Part shown: positions 38,612 through 48,638 of the stretch, piece after piece
Layout of the letters: each line of letters opens with the position of its first letter
Position numbering within the stretch: position 1 is the stretch's first letter
Assembly (NCBI GenBank): GCA_963748625.1
Contig: CAVVJT010000007.1
Location: forward strand, 864,001-928,000
Origin: an uncultured Chloroflexia bacterium
Lineage (GTDB): Bacteria > Chloroflexota > Limnocylindria > Limnocylindrales > CSP1-4
Direction of reading: 5' to 3'
DNA length: 64,000 nucleotides
Notes under the pieces: generated by a model
What the model saw: only the letters and a program-made list of their open reading frames with translations
Told to the model about the DNA's origin: nothing
Databases searched by the model: none
Translations under genes and position numbers: made by a program

Positions 38612-39169
38612 TCAGTCAGCTCCCGCCGGCGCCGGGGGCCAGCGTCGCAGGACGGCGAACAGGACGACCACGGTGCCGACGATGCCCAGCCAGTCGATGG
38701 CGTACCAGGCACCGTTCGCTATGGCCGCCGCGAGGGCGGATAGGTGCAGGAACAGCAGCCCGTATGCCGACAGGAGGACCGCGGCGATACGGGCCCAGCC
38801 ATACAGACGGTGGACGCCGATCCCCGTCGCGATGCTCAGCACCCCGACGATGGTGTGCGATGAGATGCCGAAGCCGAGGAACCTCCACACGGCGCCGCCC
38901 GTCAGGAACGGCGCATAGACGATCCCCATCCCGCCAGAGACGACCAGGACGACTGCTGCCGCGGTCACCCACCGGCTGCGGGGCCGGTCCGGGGGCTTCG
39001 TCGTGGAGTGCGCCGACCTCACGCGCCTGCCCCGCCGCGCCGTGTTCACGCGCCTGCCCCGCCGTGTCGAGGCCGGGGTCGGCGGATCGCCAGGTGCTGT
39101 GACATGGACGATCCCGGGGCACCCGGCCAAGCCGCCGGCAATCCATTCCGAGACCTTCGACATCCGCAT
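38612..39169 (-). CDS. Small membrane protein (start uncertain)
   Basis: Four hydrophobic segments in the C-terminal ~115 aa; stop codon abuts the MFS start. Confidence 0.5.
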   Translation of the reverse strand: MRMSKVSEWIAGGLAGCPGIVHVTAPGDPPTPASTRRGRRVNTARRGRRVRSAHSTTKPPDRPRSRWVTAAAVVLVVSGGMGIVYAPFLTGGAVWRFLGFGISSHTIVGVLSIATGIGVHRLYGWARIAAVLLSAYGLLFLHLSALAAAIANGAWYAIDWLGIVGTVVVLFAVLRRWPPAPAGAD

Positions 39170-39380
39170 CTCGGGCTACCTCACACGGGACGCGTGGTCG
39201 GTCTGCCTTGCTGGTGGCCCGGTTCGGGACCGGGCGACGACGGGTCGACTGGGCCGCATGCAGCAGCCTGCCACACGATAGGACGACGGGGCGCCACCTT
39301 CGTTACTGGAGTTCGCCATCCGCGGCACCTGAACGGTACGAATGCCTCTCGTCGCGGTCGCCGGCGGTGACTACGATCAC

Positions 39381-39458
39381 GGATCGGTGGGAGGCTCCGA
39401 CACGCGGTCACCTGCACCGGCCGCCCCGACCGCGCCGAGCCACTGGCGAGACCGGCCC
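39381..39458 (+). ncRNA. c-di-GMP-II-like riboswitch (GAG-variant-like)
   Basis: Nested helices GGCTC/GAGCC and CGCGGTC/GACCGCG, loop CGCC able to pair with GGCG, 3' GAGACCG; second copy at 44584; lies in a 5' UTR. Confidence 0.6.
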
Positions 39459-39482
39459 GCCTGGCGTCCCGGAGGTGCGGAC

Positions 39483-39962
39483 ATGGCCCAAGCGGCTATC
39501 CCCGTCAAGGGGACCTCACAGCTCCACCTCGGGTGGCTCGGACTCGGGGCGATCGTCCTCGCCGTCGCGCTCGGCGCGGGCCTCATCGGCTACTTCGCTG
39601 GGACCCGGCAGCCGGCCGCATCCAGCGCTGACCAGGCATTCTCCGACCAGGCCGCAGCCGCCTGGAGCGGCACGTACGACCCGGCGAAGATCGCCGCCGT
39701 GTACGCGGCGGACGCGGTCTTCATGGACAACGTCGCAGGTGAGACGAGCACAGGGCTTGAAGCCATCCAGGCGAAGGCTTCCAACTACCTCACCAACTAC
39801 CAATTCGTCGTCGAAGTCGTGGCAGCGCCAGTCAGGCACGGCGACACGATCGTGTCGATCGTGCGCTACGGCACCGACAATACCGCCTCGAACACGGCGC
39901 TCGGGGTCATGCAGCTCAAGGACGGCAAGATCATCAGGCACAAGCTGTACGCATTCCCGTGA
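39483..39962 (+). CDS. Membrane-anchored SnoaL/NTF2-like protein
   Basis: GGAGG SD, N-terminal TM, D.AKIAAVYAADAVFMD...GLEAI and KDGKIIRH. Confidence 0.7.
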   Translation: MAQAAIPVKGTSQLHLGWLGLGAIVLAVALGAGLIGYFAGTRQPAASSADQAFSDQAAAAWSGTYDPAKIAAVYAADAVFMDNVAGETSTGLEAIQAKASNYLTNYQFVVEVVAAPVRHGDTIVSIVRYGTDNTASNTALGVMQLKDGKIIRHKLYAFP

Positions 39963-40054
39963 CGCACGAGCCGGTCAGACAGATGTGACCGCGGGGACCG
40001 AGTCCAACTGCACCGGCCTGTGTGACAAACGGTCGCCGGGTTCGTCTTAGCAGC

Positions 40055-40630
40055 ATGAACAGGCTGTCCGAGCCGACCGTGCCGGAGCAGGCAGCTCCCA
40101 TTGCGGAGCCGCTGCACCGCCACGTTGCCGTTGACGAGGCGGAGCTGGGCGAGTTGTACCTGACCTATCGCGGCGAGATCCTCGCCTTCCTGCTCCCCAT
40201 GACCCGCGACCGCGAGATCGCGGAGGATGTCCTCCAGGACACCTTCATCCGCCTCATCCACGAGGCCCGCGCGGGCCGGATGCCGGACAAGGTCCGGCCC
40301 TGGCTGTACCGGGTGGCGGCCAACGTCGCGATCTCCCGTGGGCGGCGGGTGACGAGCTGGCTCCGACTGCTGCCGAGGCTGCCGGACCGAGGCGAGCCGC
40401 AGCTTCCCGACGCCGAGCTCCTCGACCGGGAACGGGACGAGGAGCTGCACGCCGCTCTCGGCCGGCTTCGGCCGGACGCGCGGGCGGCGCTCCTGCTTGC
40501 AGCGCACGGGCTCAGCGGCCACGAGATCGCCGTCTCGATCGGCAAGTCCGACACGGCGACCCGCACGATGCTCTACCGGTCACGAATCGAGCTCCGACGC
40601 ATCATCGAAGCCGCGGGAGTCCAGCAATGA
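40055..40630 (+). CDS. ECF sigma factor
   Basis: IAEDVLQDTFIRL...RPWLYRVAANVAIS and EIAVSIGKSDTATRTMLYRSR; TGTGAC-N16-CGTC at 40021. Confidence 0.9.
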   Translation: MNRLSEPTVPEQAAPIAEPLHRHVAVDEAELGELYLTYRGEILAFLLPMTRDREIAEDVLQDTFIRLIHEARAGRMPDKVRPWLYRVAANVAISRGRRVTSWLRLLPRLPDRGEPQLPDAELLDRERDEELHAALGRLRPDARAALLLAAHGLSGHEIAVSIGKSDTATRTMLYRSRIELRRIIEAAGVQQ

Positions 40631-42588
40631 GCCGCTTGGACCACCGGGAACACGATCGTGCACTTCGCCTCGCGGCCGGCGGCATCGACTTCGGCCTGAC
40701 CGCCGCCGACGCGGCTGCCCTCGACACGCACCTGGTGACCTGCCCGTCCTGTGCCCGCGCTGCGGCGGCCATGCGCGCCGACGCCCTCGCGTTGCGGCCG
40801 CGGACCATGCCGCTGCCCTCGCGACGGGTCGATGACGCCGTGTTCGGGGCGATCGCCGGACGACGGACCTCCTCGCCCCCTGCGCTGGTCCTCGTCGCCG
40901 CAGCCCTGCTGCTCGTCGCCCTGGTCGCCACGGTCGCAGCCGCGGGCAGCATCCTCCTGCGGACCTGGCGGACGACGCCAACGATCGACGGTCCCCGGAT
41001 CACGGTCGACATGTCCGCCGAGGAAGTCGTGGCGGCATCGATCGCCGCCCACCTCAACCCTCCGCCGCTCATGCTGGTGACCGGGCTGGGCCCGCTCGAT
41101 GAGTACCGCACCAACTGGTACTCAGCGTGTGGGGCCCTCGACGACCTGGGTGATCGGCGCACCATCTACTGGCGCTACCTGTACGACGGCACCGGCTTCC
41201 GCCAGGAGTGCCGGTACGGCGGCGTCGTCGGTCGGCCGGGACCCCTGGGGGGCCAGTACGTGGGTGGCTTCGAGCTGCTCACGCCCGACGGGCATGGCAC
41301 CTGGGACGACGCAGAGTGGAGGCTCATCGACGGTCCCCTCCTCGGGCGCCCAGCGAACGCGCCGCTGGCCACTCCACTGTGGCTCAACTGGATCAACGTG
41401 GGTGCGGCAGACAACCCCGACGCGGGCAGGACCGTGACCTGCGACGCGTGGTCGCTCGGCCCGATCGAGGAAGTGGCACAACGCGATGCCCGGCTCGTCT
41501 CCTGCGGGGCGGACAGGTACTGGGTCGATCTCGAAAGCGGCCTCATCGTGAAGCGCGAGCGGGGCGGCGAAGTCCTGGCGGAGGCGCTGGCGTTGGAGAC
41601 CGGTACGGCACCGGACGCCTCCCAGTTCGCGATGCTCGACGTTGACTTCACGACGAGCCTGAGACCCGGCCTCCGGCCGGCGGCCATCACCCTCCCTACG
41701 CTGGAGGGGGACACCTGGTCCTCGGACTCCCTGATCGGGCAGCCAGCAGCGGTGCTCAGGCTGGACGACTGCACCGGCGATGGATGTCTCCGCTTCGAGG
41801 ACTTCGTCGATGCCGTGGCGGCACGCGGTGACGCGCTTCGTGCGGTCGTCATCGTGGGACGCGGCCTCTCCGGTGAAGATGCGGCGGCGGCCAGGGAGGC
41901 TGGCATTCCGCTGGTGCGCGATGATGGAAGCGGCTGGCCGCGCTGGGACTACTGGCCCGGACTGACCTTGTTCGACCCTGACGGCACCGTACGGGCGGTG
42001 GTCGATCCGCACACCGTGACCTCGCTCACAGCCGTGCTCGACGCGTTCTTGGCCGGGCAGCCCATCCCCGTCCCGCCTCCGTGGGATGGCGTGTTCACCG
42101 TTGGCGAGCCGGCCACGGCCTTGTACGGGCAGCGAGTCCGCGACGGCCGCCTGACCGGTGAGGCCTTCGACCTGGCCAAGCTGGCCGGGCGACCCGTGGT
42201 CGTCACCATCGGAGTCCCGGTCCAGCGCGAGATCAACCGGGGCGACGCGGAGAACGCCAAGGGCGTTGCCACGATCGCCGCCGCTCGCCGGGAGCTCGGA
42301 GCCGACCTGGCGTTCGTGGTGCTCGCCGGGTCTGAGGCCACGGCCGAGACGCTCGAGACGTGGACCCGGCTCCTTGCCGCGGAGGGGCTCACCGACGCCG
42401 ACGTCAGTCTCGTCGTCAGCGAGGACTCCTGGGGCCGGTGGGAACCGCTGGCGCGCGGGCCAGCCGGATCCATGGGAGAGCCCGGCATGCTCGTGGTGAC
42501 GCCGGACGGCAGTGTGGCCAGGATCTTCGGCGAGGGGCTGCCGACGACGGCCGAGCTGCGGCTGGCGGTCAACGAGGCGACGCGGTAG
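40627..42588 (+). CDS. Zinc-binding anti-sigma factor with TM helix and extracellular thioredoxin-like domains
   Basis: ATGA overlap; HLVTCPSC; TM; TLPTLEGDTWSSDSLIGQPAAV and FDLAKLAGRPVVV resemble TlpA/redoxin N-termini. Confidence 0.72.
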   Translation: MSRLDHREHDRALRLAAGGIDFGLTAADAAALDTHLVTCPSCARAAAAMRADALALRPRTMPLPSRRVDDAVFGAIAGRRTSSPPALVLVAAALLLVALVATVAAAGSILLRTWRTTPTIDGPRITVDMSAEEVVAASIAAHLNPPPLMLVTGLGPLDEYRTNWYSACGALDDLGDRRTIYWRYLYDGTGFRQECRYGGVVGRPGPLGGQYVGGFELLTPDGHGTWDDAEWRLIDGPLLGRPANAPLATPLWLNWINVGAADNPDAGRTVTCDAWSLGPIEEVAQRDARLVSCGADRYWVDLESGLIVKRERGGEVLAEALALETGTAPDASQFAMLDVDFTTSLRPGLRPAAITLPTLEGDTWSSDSLIGQPAAVLRLDDCTGDGCLRFEDFVDAVAARGDALRAVVIVGRGLSGEDAAAAREAGIPLVRDDGSGWPRWDYWPGLTLFDPDGTVRAVVDPHTVTSLTAVLDAFLAGQPIPVPPPWDGVFTVGEPATALYGQRVRDGRLTGEAFDLAKLAGRPVVVTIGVPVQREINRGDAENAKGVATIAAARRELGADLAFVVLAGSEATAETLETWTRLLAAEGLTDADVSLVVSEDSWGRWEPLARGPAGSMGEPGMLVVTPDGSVARIFGEGLPTTAELRLAVNEATR

Positions 42589-42743
42589 GCGGACGGCCGG
42601 CGGGTGCATCCGGCATGCTGAACACGGCCAAACCGCCCCGGCACGCGGGACCTTCGACTGGTTGACCGCCGATCGCCTGCCCGCGACGATCAGCACACAG
42701 GGCTGCACCCACGCGTGGCCCGCACCACGGAGGGGAGGTGCCG

Positions 42744-44457
42744 ATGCGCCGGGTCGCCACGCTGCTGATCGCGGTCCTGTTCGCAGGCGTGATCCAGGCC
42801 ACGCCGGGCGCGGACGACCGGCAGGCCCGCGTGCTCGGCGCAGATACCGGGACCGGTGGCTGGGCGACACAGGGCGAGTACCGGGTGAGCCCGCGTCCGA
42901 CGAGCCTGGCCGATCGCAGCCGCGAGCCCATCGTCGCTGCCCACCCGTTCGATCCATCCCGCCTGGCCGTGACCTACCCGGTCGGCGGCGAGCACAGCCA
43001 CCCGGTGATCCGCATCAGCCGCGACGGCGGCCGGACCTGGCGTACCACGGCGACCCGCCCGCGCGGTGGCGGCAGCCATCCGATGGTCGCGTGGGGCCCC
43101 GGGCCGCGAGCCGGTACGGCGCGCCTCTACTACGCCGCGATGACGGGCGATCCCCTCGACTACCACTTCTCGGTGAGCTACAGCGACAACGAGGGACGGA
43201 CCTGGCGGCTCGGGTTCACGGCCGACCACACCCGCGGCTGGTTCGGCGGCTACGAGGACCTGGTCGTGGACACGAACCCGGCCAGCCCTAACTACGGGGT
43301 CCTGTACCTCGCGTACAACTGGCCCAAGGACCGGCTCCGCGGGACCGGCATGCGCGTGGTCGCCTCGGGCGACTACGGCAGGACCTTCTCCGAGGTGGAG
43401 ATCCCCAAGCTCGCCGCGCCACGCGGCTATCCCGACGCATGGCGGATCAGCTACCGGCTCACGACGGCCCCGGACGGGTCCGCCTACGTGGCGGGCTACC
43501 AGCTCGACATGCAGACGTGGCGCTACTCGGCACCCTTCTACAAGGGCGGCTACACCAACATCGGGCGGATCGCGTTCGGGGTCAGCCGGCTGTCCTACGA
43601 CCGGGCGAGGCGCACCCTGACCCGCGGGCCCAACGTGCTCGCGACCGTGCTGCCGGAGAACGCGTGGAACCTCGGCTGGACGCCCGGCATGCGGGGCGTG
43701 AATGTCGGCCTCGCCGAGCCGTGCTGGGCGACCGGGCTTGCGGTGGACGAAGCCGGACGGATCTACTTCGCGGTCGCGAGCTCCGGCCGCATCCGGATCG
43801 TCACCAGCGACGACCGGGGCCGGACGTGGCGGGTGCGCCACCTCCCGCAGGCACCCGAGGCCAAGGGCCGGGAGCAGCGGTCGATGCGCCCCGAGCTGGT
43901 CGTGGGAGGCGGCTTCATCGCGGTCCTGTTCCACACGGTCGACGCGTCGGGTCCGGCCCGGACCGCCGGCAATGCGGTTGCCGTGAGCTTCGACGGCGGC
44001 GCGACGTGGGACGGGCCTCGCCCCGTGAACCGGAGCCGCTGGCGGATCGGGCCGGTCATCGCCACGTACAACGGCCCGGGCCTGCGCGATCGGGCGGTGC
44101 TGCTCGCCGATGGCCGGACGCTGTACTTCGCGTACGGCGACGGGCGGGACGGGCGGTCAGCTTCCTTCGGGGCCCGGATCCGGGTCACGCTGCCGGGCCC
44201 GATCGAACCGCCGACCCTCGCCCACGCCCACGCCCACGCCCACGCCCACGCCCACGCCCACGCCGACATCGTCGCCCTCGGACTCGCCCTCGGACTCACC
44301 GTCGGCGTCAGCCACGGAGTCGCCAAGCCCCGAGCCGGCCGCATCCGAGTCGCCCTCGGCTGCGGCCGTGGAGTCGCCGTCAGCGCCACCGGCCGAGCTG
44401 CCGTCCCAGCCGACACCCGAGTCAGCCTCAGAGCCTCACGGCAGTCCAGCACCCTGA
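42744..44457 (+). CDS. Secreted sialidase-like Asp-box protein with Pro/Thr/Ser tail; frameshift near 44217
   Basis: SRDGGRTW, SDNEGRTW, SGDYGRTF, SDDRGRTW and SFDGGATW. The natural PTPTPT/SPS tail is in the alternative frame ending at 44457. Confidence 0.72.
44220..44262. repeat. (GCCCAC)7 microsatellite encoding a Pro-Thr linker
   Basis: Directly visible hexamer run. Confidence 0.85.
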
Positions 44458-44583
44458 GCCCGCCGATGGTGCGGGCAGGACGACCCTGGCCCGTGACTGG
44501 GGCGGGCATCGCGCCCGGCGCCACATCGTGACCATCGACTCTGTCGGCTGACGGTCACGCCGCGCAGGCTCTCGCGTCGCACA

Positions 44584-44661
44584 GGGTGTTGTGGGAGGCT
44601 CCGACGCGCGGTCCAGATCCCGGCCGCCGGGACCGCGCCGAGCCACTGGCGAGACCGACCC
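44584..44661 (+). ncRNA. c-di-GMP-II-like riboswitch (GAG-variant-like), second copy
   Basis: GTGGGAGGCTCCGAC-CGCGGTC...CCGGCCGCC..GACCGCGCCGAGCCACTGGCGAGACCGACC; same pairings as the 39381 copy. Confidence 0.6.
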
Positions 44662-44691
44662 GCGCACCAGGGGGCGTCCCAGGAGGTTCAC

Positions 44692-45534
44692 GTGCGGCGT
44701 CTCGCCGTTCTCTTCACCGTGACCGGGCTGCTGGTCGCACTCGCCGCGCCTGGCGCGGCGGCAGCCTCGAGCCGTCCCATCGAATACCTGGCCCTGGGCG
44801 ACTCGCTCGCCTTCGGCTACAACCCGTACGGGGACCCGGCCAAACCGGCGGGGTACGTGAACTACGCCGGGATGACCGCGGACATGCTCCGCGACAAGGT
44901 GACCAATGCCTCCTGCCCGGGGGAGACGAGCAGCCACTTCATCGATCTCGAAGGGCCCGACCACGGCTGCGGGGCCTGGCGCTTCGGCCTCGGGGCACCG
45001 CTCCACGTGGCGTACAACACCTCACAGCTCGACTTCGTCGACGCGTTCCTGGCATCCCACCCGAAGACCCGGCTGATCACGATCGACATGGGGGCCAACG
45101 ACGTTGGCGCTCTCCGTGATCACTGCATGCAGCAGACCGACCCGATGAGCTGCTTCCAGGGAGGCCTGCCCGGCGTGCTCGCGACGCTGTCGGCGAACAT
45201 GGACACGATCTACCACCACATCCGGGTCGACGCCGGCTACAAGCACAAGGTTGTCGCCCTCACGGTCTACTCGCCGAACTACACCGACCAGTTGACGACG
45301 ATGGCGATCGCGGCCGCCAACCAGGTCGTCGTCGACCGTACGCTGGCCTGGAATGGCATCGTCGCTGACGGTTTCGCTGCCTTCGCAGCAGCAACCGCGT
45401 CGCACGGTGGCAGCTCCTGCGCGGCAGGTCTCCTGATCCCGCTGGCATCCGGCTCCGGCTGCGACGATCACCCGTCCGCGGCCGGCCACAAGCTCCTCGC
45501 CAAGACGATCGTGCGCGCGGTCCGCGCCGACTGA
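44692..45534 (+). CDS. Secreted SGNH/GDSL hydrolase
   Basis: YLALGDSLAFG, NASCPGETS, MGAND and DDHPSAAGH blocks; signal peptide. Confidence 0.9.
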   Translation: MRRLAVLFTVTGLLVALAAPGAAAASSRPIEYLALGDSLAFGYNPYGDPAKPAGYVNYAGMTADMLRDKVTNASCPGETSSHFIDLEGPDHGCGAWRFGLGAPLHVAYNTSQLDFVDAFLASHPKTRLITIDMGANDVGALRDHCMQQTDPMSCFQGGLPGVLATLSANMDTIYHHIRVDAGYKHKVVALTVYSPNYTDQLTTMAIAAANQVVVDRTLAWNGIVADGFAAFAAATASHGGSSCAAGLLIPLASGSGCDDHPSAAGHKLLAKTIVRAVRAD

Positions 45535-45712
45535 GTCCACGAGGCACTGGGGCGACCCGCGACTCCCGCTCCGGGTCGCCCCTGACCGATGCGCAGGCCG
45601 TGTGCCGGCCTGTTCCCAGTGGATTCGAGCATCGCGCGGTAGCATCGTGCCCCTGCGACCCGAACAAGGCGCCGCGGCCAGGGAGCCATCGCCCGCTGAC
45701 GGAGCACGATCC

Positions 45713-46789
45713 ATGCCCGCACCCCGCACCACTGCGCTCCGCAACTGGCTCGCGGCCCCCCTGATCATCCTCGCCTCGCTGGCGCTCGTCGGGTGCGGCG
45801 CGGGGGCCATCACCCCCTCCGCGTCACCGGCATCACCGGCCGCGTCCACCCCGTGGTCCCTGAGCGACCTGCCAACGATCGGCACGCCCGCGGATGACGG
45901 CGCGCGGATCGTCAAGGAGGAGACCCTCTCCGAGCGGATGCGCGACCTGACGATCGAGTCGCCGTCGGTCGGGACGGTCCAGGTGCGCCTGCTGCTGCCG
46001 GCCTCGTTCGAGAGCGACCCTGCAGCCACGTTCCCGGCGCTCTACCTGCTCCACGGGGCCGATGGCGAGTACTCCGACTGGACTGAGAAGTCCGCCGTTG
46101 AGGGGACCACGGGGCCGACGGACCTGCTGGTGGTGATGCCCGCGGCCGCATCATCGTTCGCGGGCGAGTCGAACACCCAGGGGAGCGGACCCGCAGGCCG
46201 TGCAGCCTGGATGCCGTTCCACGCGACGGAGCTCACGCAGCTCATGGAGCGCAACTGGCGGGCGAGCGACGTCCGCGCGCTCGCGGGCCTGTCGCTGGGC
46301 GGCTACGGGGCGATCGCCCTCGCCGCCAAGAACCCGGGCCTGTACCAGGCAGTGGCGTCATACAGCGGCGCCCTCGACATGAAGGGCCTCATCGACAGCT
46401 ACCTCGAGGACGCCGATCCGGAGACGGTCGCCCAGATCGATGAGATCATCAGCGAGGGACACGAGCTGGTCGACATGACGCTCGCCGAGATGGCCCCGCT
46501 CCTCCGCGGCACGAAGGTGGTCTTCGTGTCGTACGGGAACGGCGAGCCCGGCCCGCTTGATCCCCCGGATCGGATCGCGGGCAGCCCGCTCGAGAAGTGG
46601 TGCGGGGGCGGCAGCGACCTGTTCGTGGAGGAGCTGCGCAACGCCGGCGTCCCGGTCACGGTGGACGACTACGGCGACGGCACCCACTCCTGGGAGTACT
46701 GGGATCGCGAGCTGCAGCTCTCACTGCCGCTCATGCTCGAGGCCGTCGGCCTGCCGGTCCCGGCCGAGCTTGCGTCGCCCGGCGCCTGA
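45713..46789 (+). CDS. Lipoprotein esterase (antigen 85-like alpha/beta hydrolase)
   Basis: Lipobox LVGC; LYLLHG, AGLSLGG nucleophile elbow, GTHSWEYW. Confidence 0.85.
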   Translation: MPAPRTTALRNWLAAPLIILASLALVGCGAGAITPSASPASPAASTPWSLSDLPTIGTPADDGARIVKEETLSERMRDLTIESPSVGTVQVRLLLPASFESDPAATFPALYLLHGADGEYSDWTEKSAVEGTTGPTDLLVVMPAAASSFAGESNTQGSGPAGRAAWMPFHATELTQLMERNWRASDVRALAGLSLGGYGAIALAAKNPGLYQAVASYSGALDMKGLIDSYLEDADPETVAQIDEIISEGHELVDMTLAEMAPLLRGTKVVFVSYGNGEPGPLDPPDRIAGSPLEKWCGGGSDLFVEELRNAGVPVTVDDYGDGTHSWEYWDRELQLSLPLMLEAVGLPVPAELASPGA

Positions 46790-46801
46790 CCTGTGCCGGC
46801 G

Positions 46802-47326
46802 TCAGCGCGCCGGGTGCGCCATCGAGTCCACGATCACCACGACCGCGAGGATCAGCGCGTCGTCCTGGCCGGGAGCGACCTTCACGCCGTACGTGTCGCG
46901 CACGCGGAACCACTTCTTGCCGACCTCGGCGATCTTGCCCGAGTCTGACTCGATCTCGTACTGGTGGTCCACGATATTGCCCTGGACCTTCCACTTGCCG
47001 CCCCGCTCGAACTCCACGTCGTAGCGCTCGCGGAGCGGGGAGATCAGCGCCTTCTTGACCGTGGCCACCGTCGCGTCCCCGCGCTCGATGGTCATCACGT
47101 CCCGGACGGTGACCAGCTTCTCCTTGATCGCGTAGAGCTCCTGGCCGTTGGGAGCCTGGAGCACCAGGGTCTTCCTGATCCGGAGCGCCTTGCCGTCGAT
47201 GTGGAAGGCGCGCTGGCCCGCGCCGTTCTCGATCCAGTAGTCGTCGCCGATGGAGAACATCTGCTGGCGCATCTGGTAGACGTTCGGACCCGCGGACTCC
47301 CCGCGATCCTCGTGGTGTCGAAACAT
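46802..47326 (-). CDS. LURP-one-related/scramblase family protein
   Basis: YQMRQQMFSIGDDYWIEN...DGKALRIR...KKWFRVRDTYGV; AGGAGG SD. Confidence 0.85.
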   Translation of the reverse strand: MFRHHEDRGESAGPNVYQMRQQMFSIGDDYWIENGAGQRAFHIDGKALRIRKTLVLQAPNGQELYAIKEKLVTVRDVMTIERGDATVATVKKALISPLRERYDVEFERGGKWKVQGNIVDHQYEIESDSGKIAEVGKKWFRVRDTYGVKVAPGQDDALILAVVVIVDSMAHPAR

Positions 47327-47507
47327 CCGGACCTCCTGGGCGGCGCCGCGGCCGCCGGTGCAGCGATCGGCAGGCCAGTAGCGTAGCCCGACGAGGCCTC
47401 GGGCCGCTCATCCGCGATGGACGATGCCGCCCCTGGCGCCATCGGGCACGCTTTCGCCAAGGCGGTCCTGCCGCCCGTGACATGCCGCCTGCTCCAGGAG
47501 TACCCGG

Positions 47508-48638
47508 GTGCCGACTCGAGCCAGAACCACCTTCGCCAGCTTCCGGACACTGATCGCCGTGCTGGCGTTCACCCTCGTCGCCACGGGCCTGGGCGCCTGC
47601 GCCTCTCCTGCCGAGCAGGCCCTGCGTGGCCCGGTCTGGGCCCTGACCGCCACGACCTCCACCCTGCCCGCCTTCCAGGGCGTGATCCCGCCCGCCGAGC
47701 GCCTGCAGTACACGATCCAGTTCGCTCCGGCCGGGCGGTGGACTGGTCAAGCGGACTGCAACCAGGTGGCCGGCTCGTACACGACGACACGTCGCGAGGG
47801 ACTCGAGATCATGCTCGGGCCGTCCACCATGATGGCCTGCCCCGAGGGCTCGATCGCCCAGCTCTACCTCATCGCGCTGTCCAACACCGTGGGGTTCGAT
47901 GCCACGAACGCCCGCCTCACGCTCAGGCTCGACGGCGGCGGAACGCTGGAGTTCGTCGCGTCGGACTTCATCGCGGCCCCGGAGTCCCCGGACGCCAGTG
48001 CTGAAGCCAGTGGTGAGCCCAGCGCGGAGCCGACGCCGGTCGCGACCGCCACGCCGAAGCCCACGGCCAAGCCCACGCCCAGCCCGTCGCCCACGCCGAA
48101 GCCCACGCCCAAGCCGACGGCGACACCCGCCGCCACGCCCAAGCCGACGGCGACCCCCGCGCCAACCGCTGCCCCGCCCGCGACGGCGACCTGCGCCAGC
48201 GCCGACGGCACGATCACCGTGACCTATCCCGGCGCCTGGTTCACGGTCTCGGATGTCCCCGAGTACCAGTGCATGGCGTTCGACCCGGCGCCCATCGTCA
48301 TCGACCCGAACACGGGCATCCCGATCGCATCGGTGTACGTGGTCGCCAGCAACGCGGTCACCTATGACGAGGCGCTGATGGCAGCGACCGACACCCGGAC
48401 CTGGACGGGCGTCACGAAGGCCGCGGTCACGGTCAGTGGCCTGCCCGGCATGAAGGTGTCAGGCACGGCAAACGGGACCGGCTCCTACCCGGCGGGCACG
48501 TACCGGTATGCCTACTACGTGGATCGCGGCACGGATGGCGTGGTCGTGATCCAGACGACCGGGGCGGAGGGCAACCCGGACATCACCACCAACGAGCAGG
48601 TCGTGGACCAGATGGCGGGCAGGATCGTCATCAAGTAG
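47508..48638 (+). CDS. META (HslJ-like) domain lipoprotein
   Basis: Lipobox LGAC; GQADCNQVAGSY...GPSTMMACP; Pro/Thr/Lys linker. Confidence 0.82.
   Translation: MPTRARTTFASFRTLIAVLAFTLVATGLGACASPAEQALRGPVWALTATTSTLPAFQGVIPPAERLQYTIQFAPAGRWTGQADCNQVAGSYTTTRREGLEIMLGPSTMMACPEGSIAQLYLIALSNTVGFDATNARLTLRLDGGGTLEFVASDFIAAPESPDASAEASGEPSAEPTPVATATPKPTAKPTPSPSPTPKPTPKPTATPAATPKPTATPAPTAAPPATATCASADGTITVTYPGAWFTVSDVPEYQCMAFDPAPIVIDPNTGIPIASVYVVASNAVTYDEALMAATDTRTWTGVTKAAVTVSGLPGMKVSGTANGTGSYPAGTYRYAYYVDRGTDGVVVIQTTGAEGNPDITTNEQVVDQMAGRIVIK

Noticed and set aside
44217-44531. His-Ala repeat (AHAHAH) C-terminus as a metal-binding tail
   Set aside because: It is the off-frame reading of a Pro-Thr linker; the alternative frame gives a typical PTPTPT/SPS tail.
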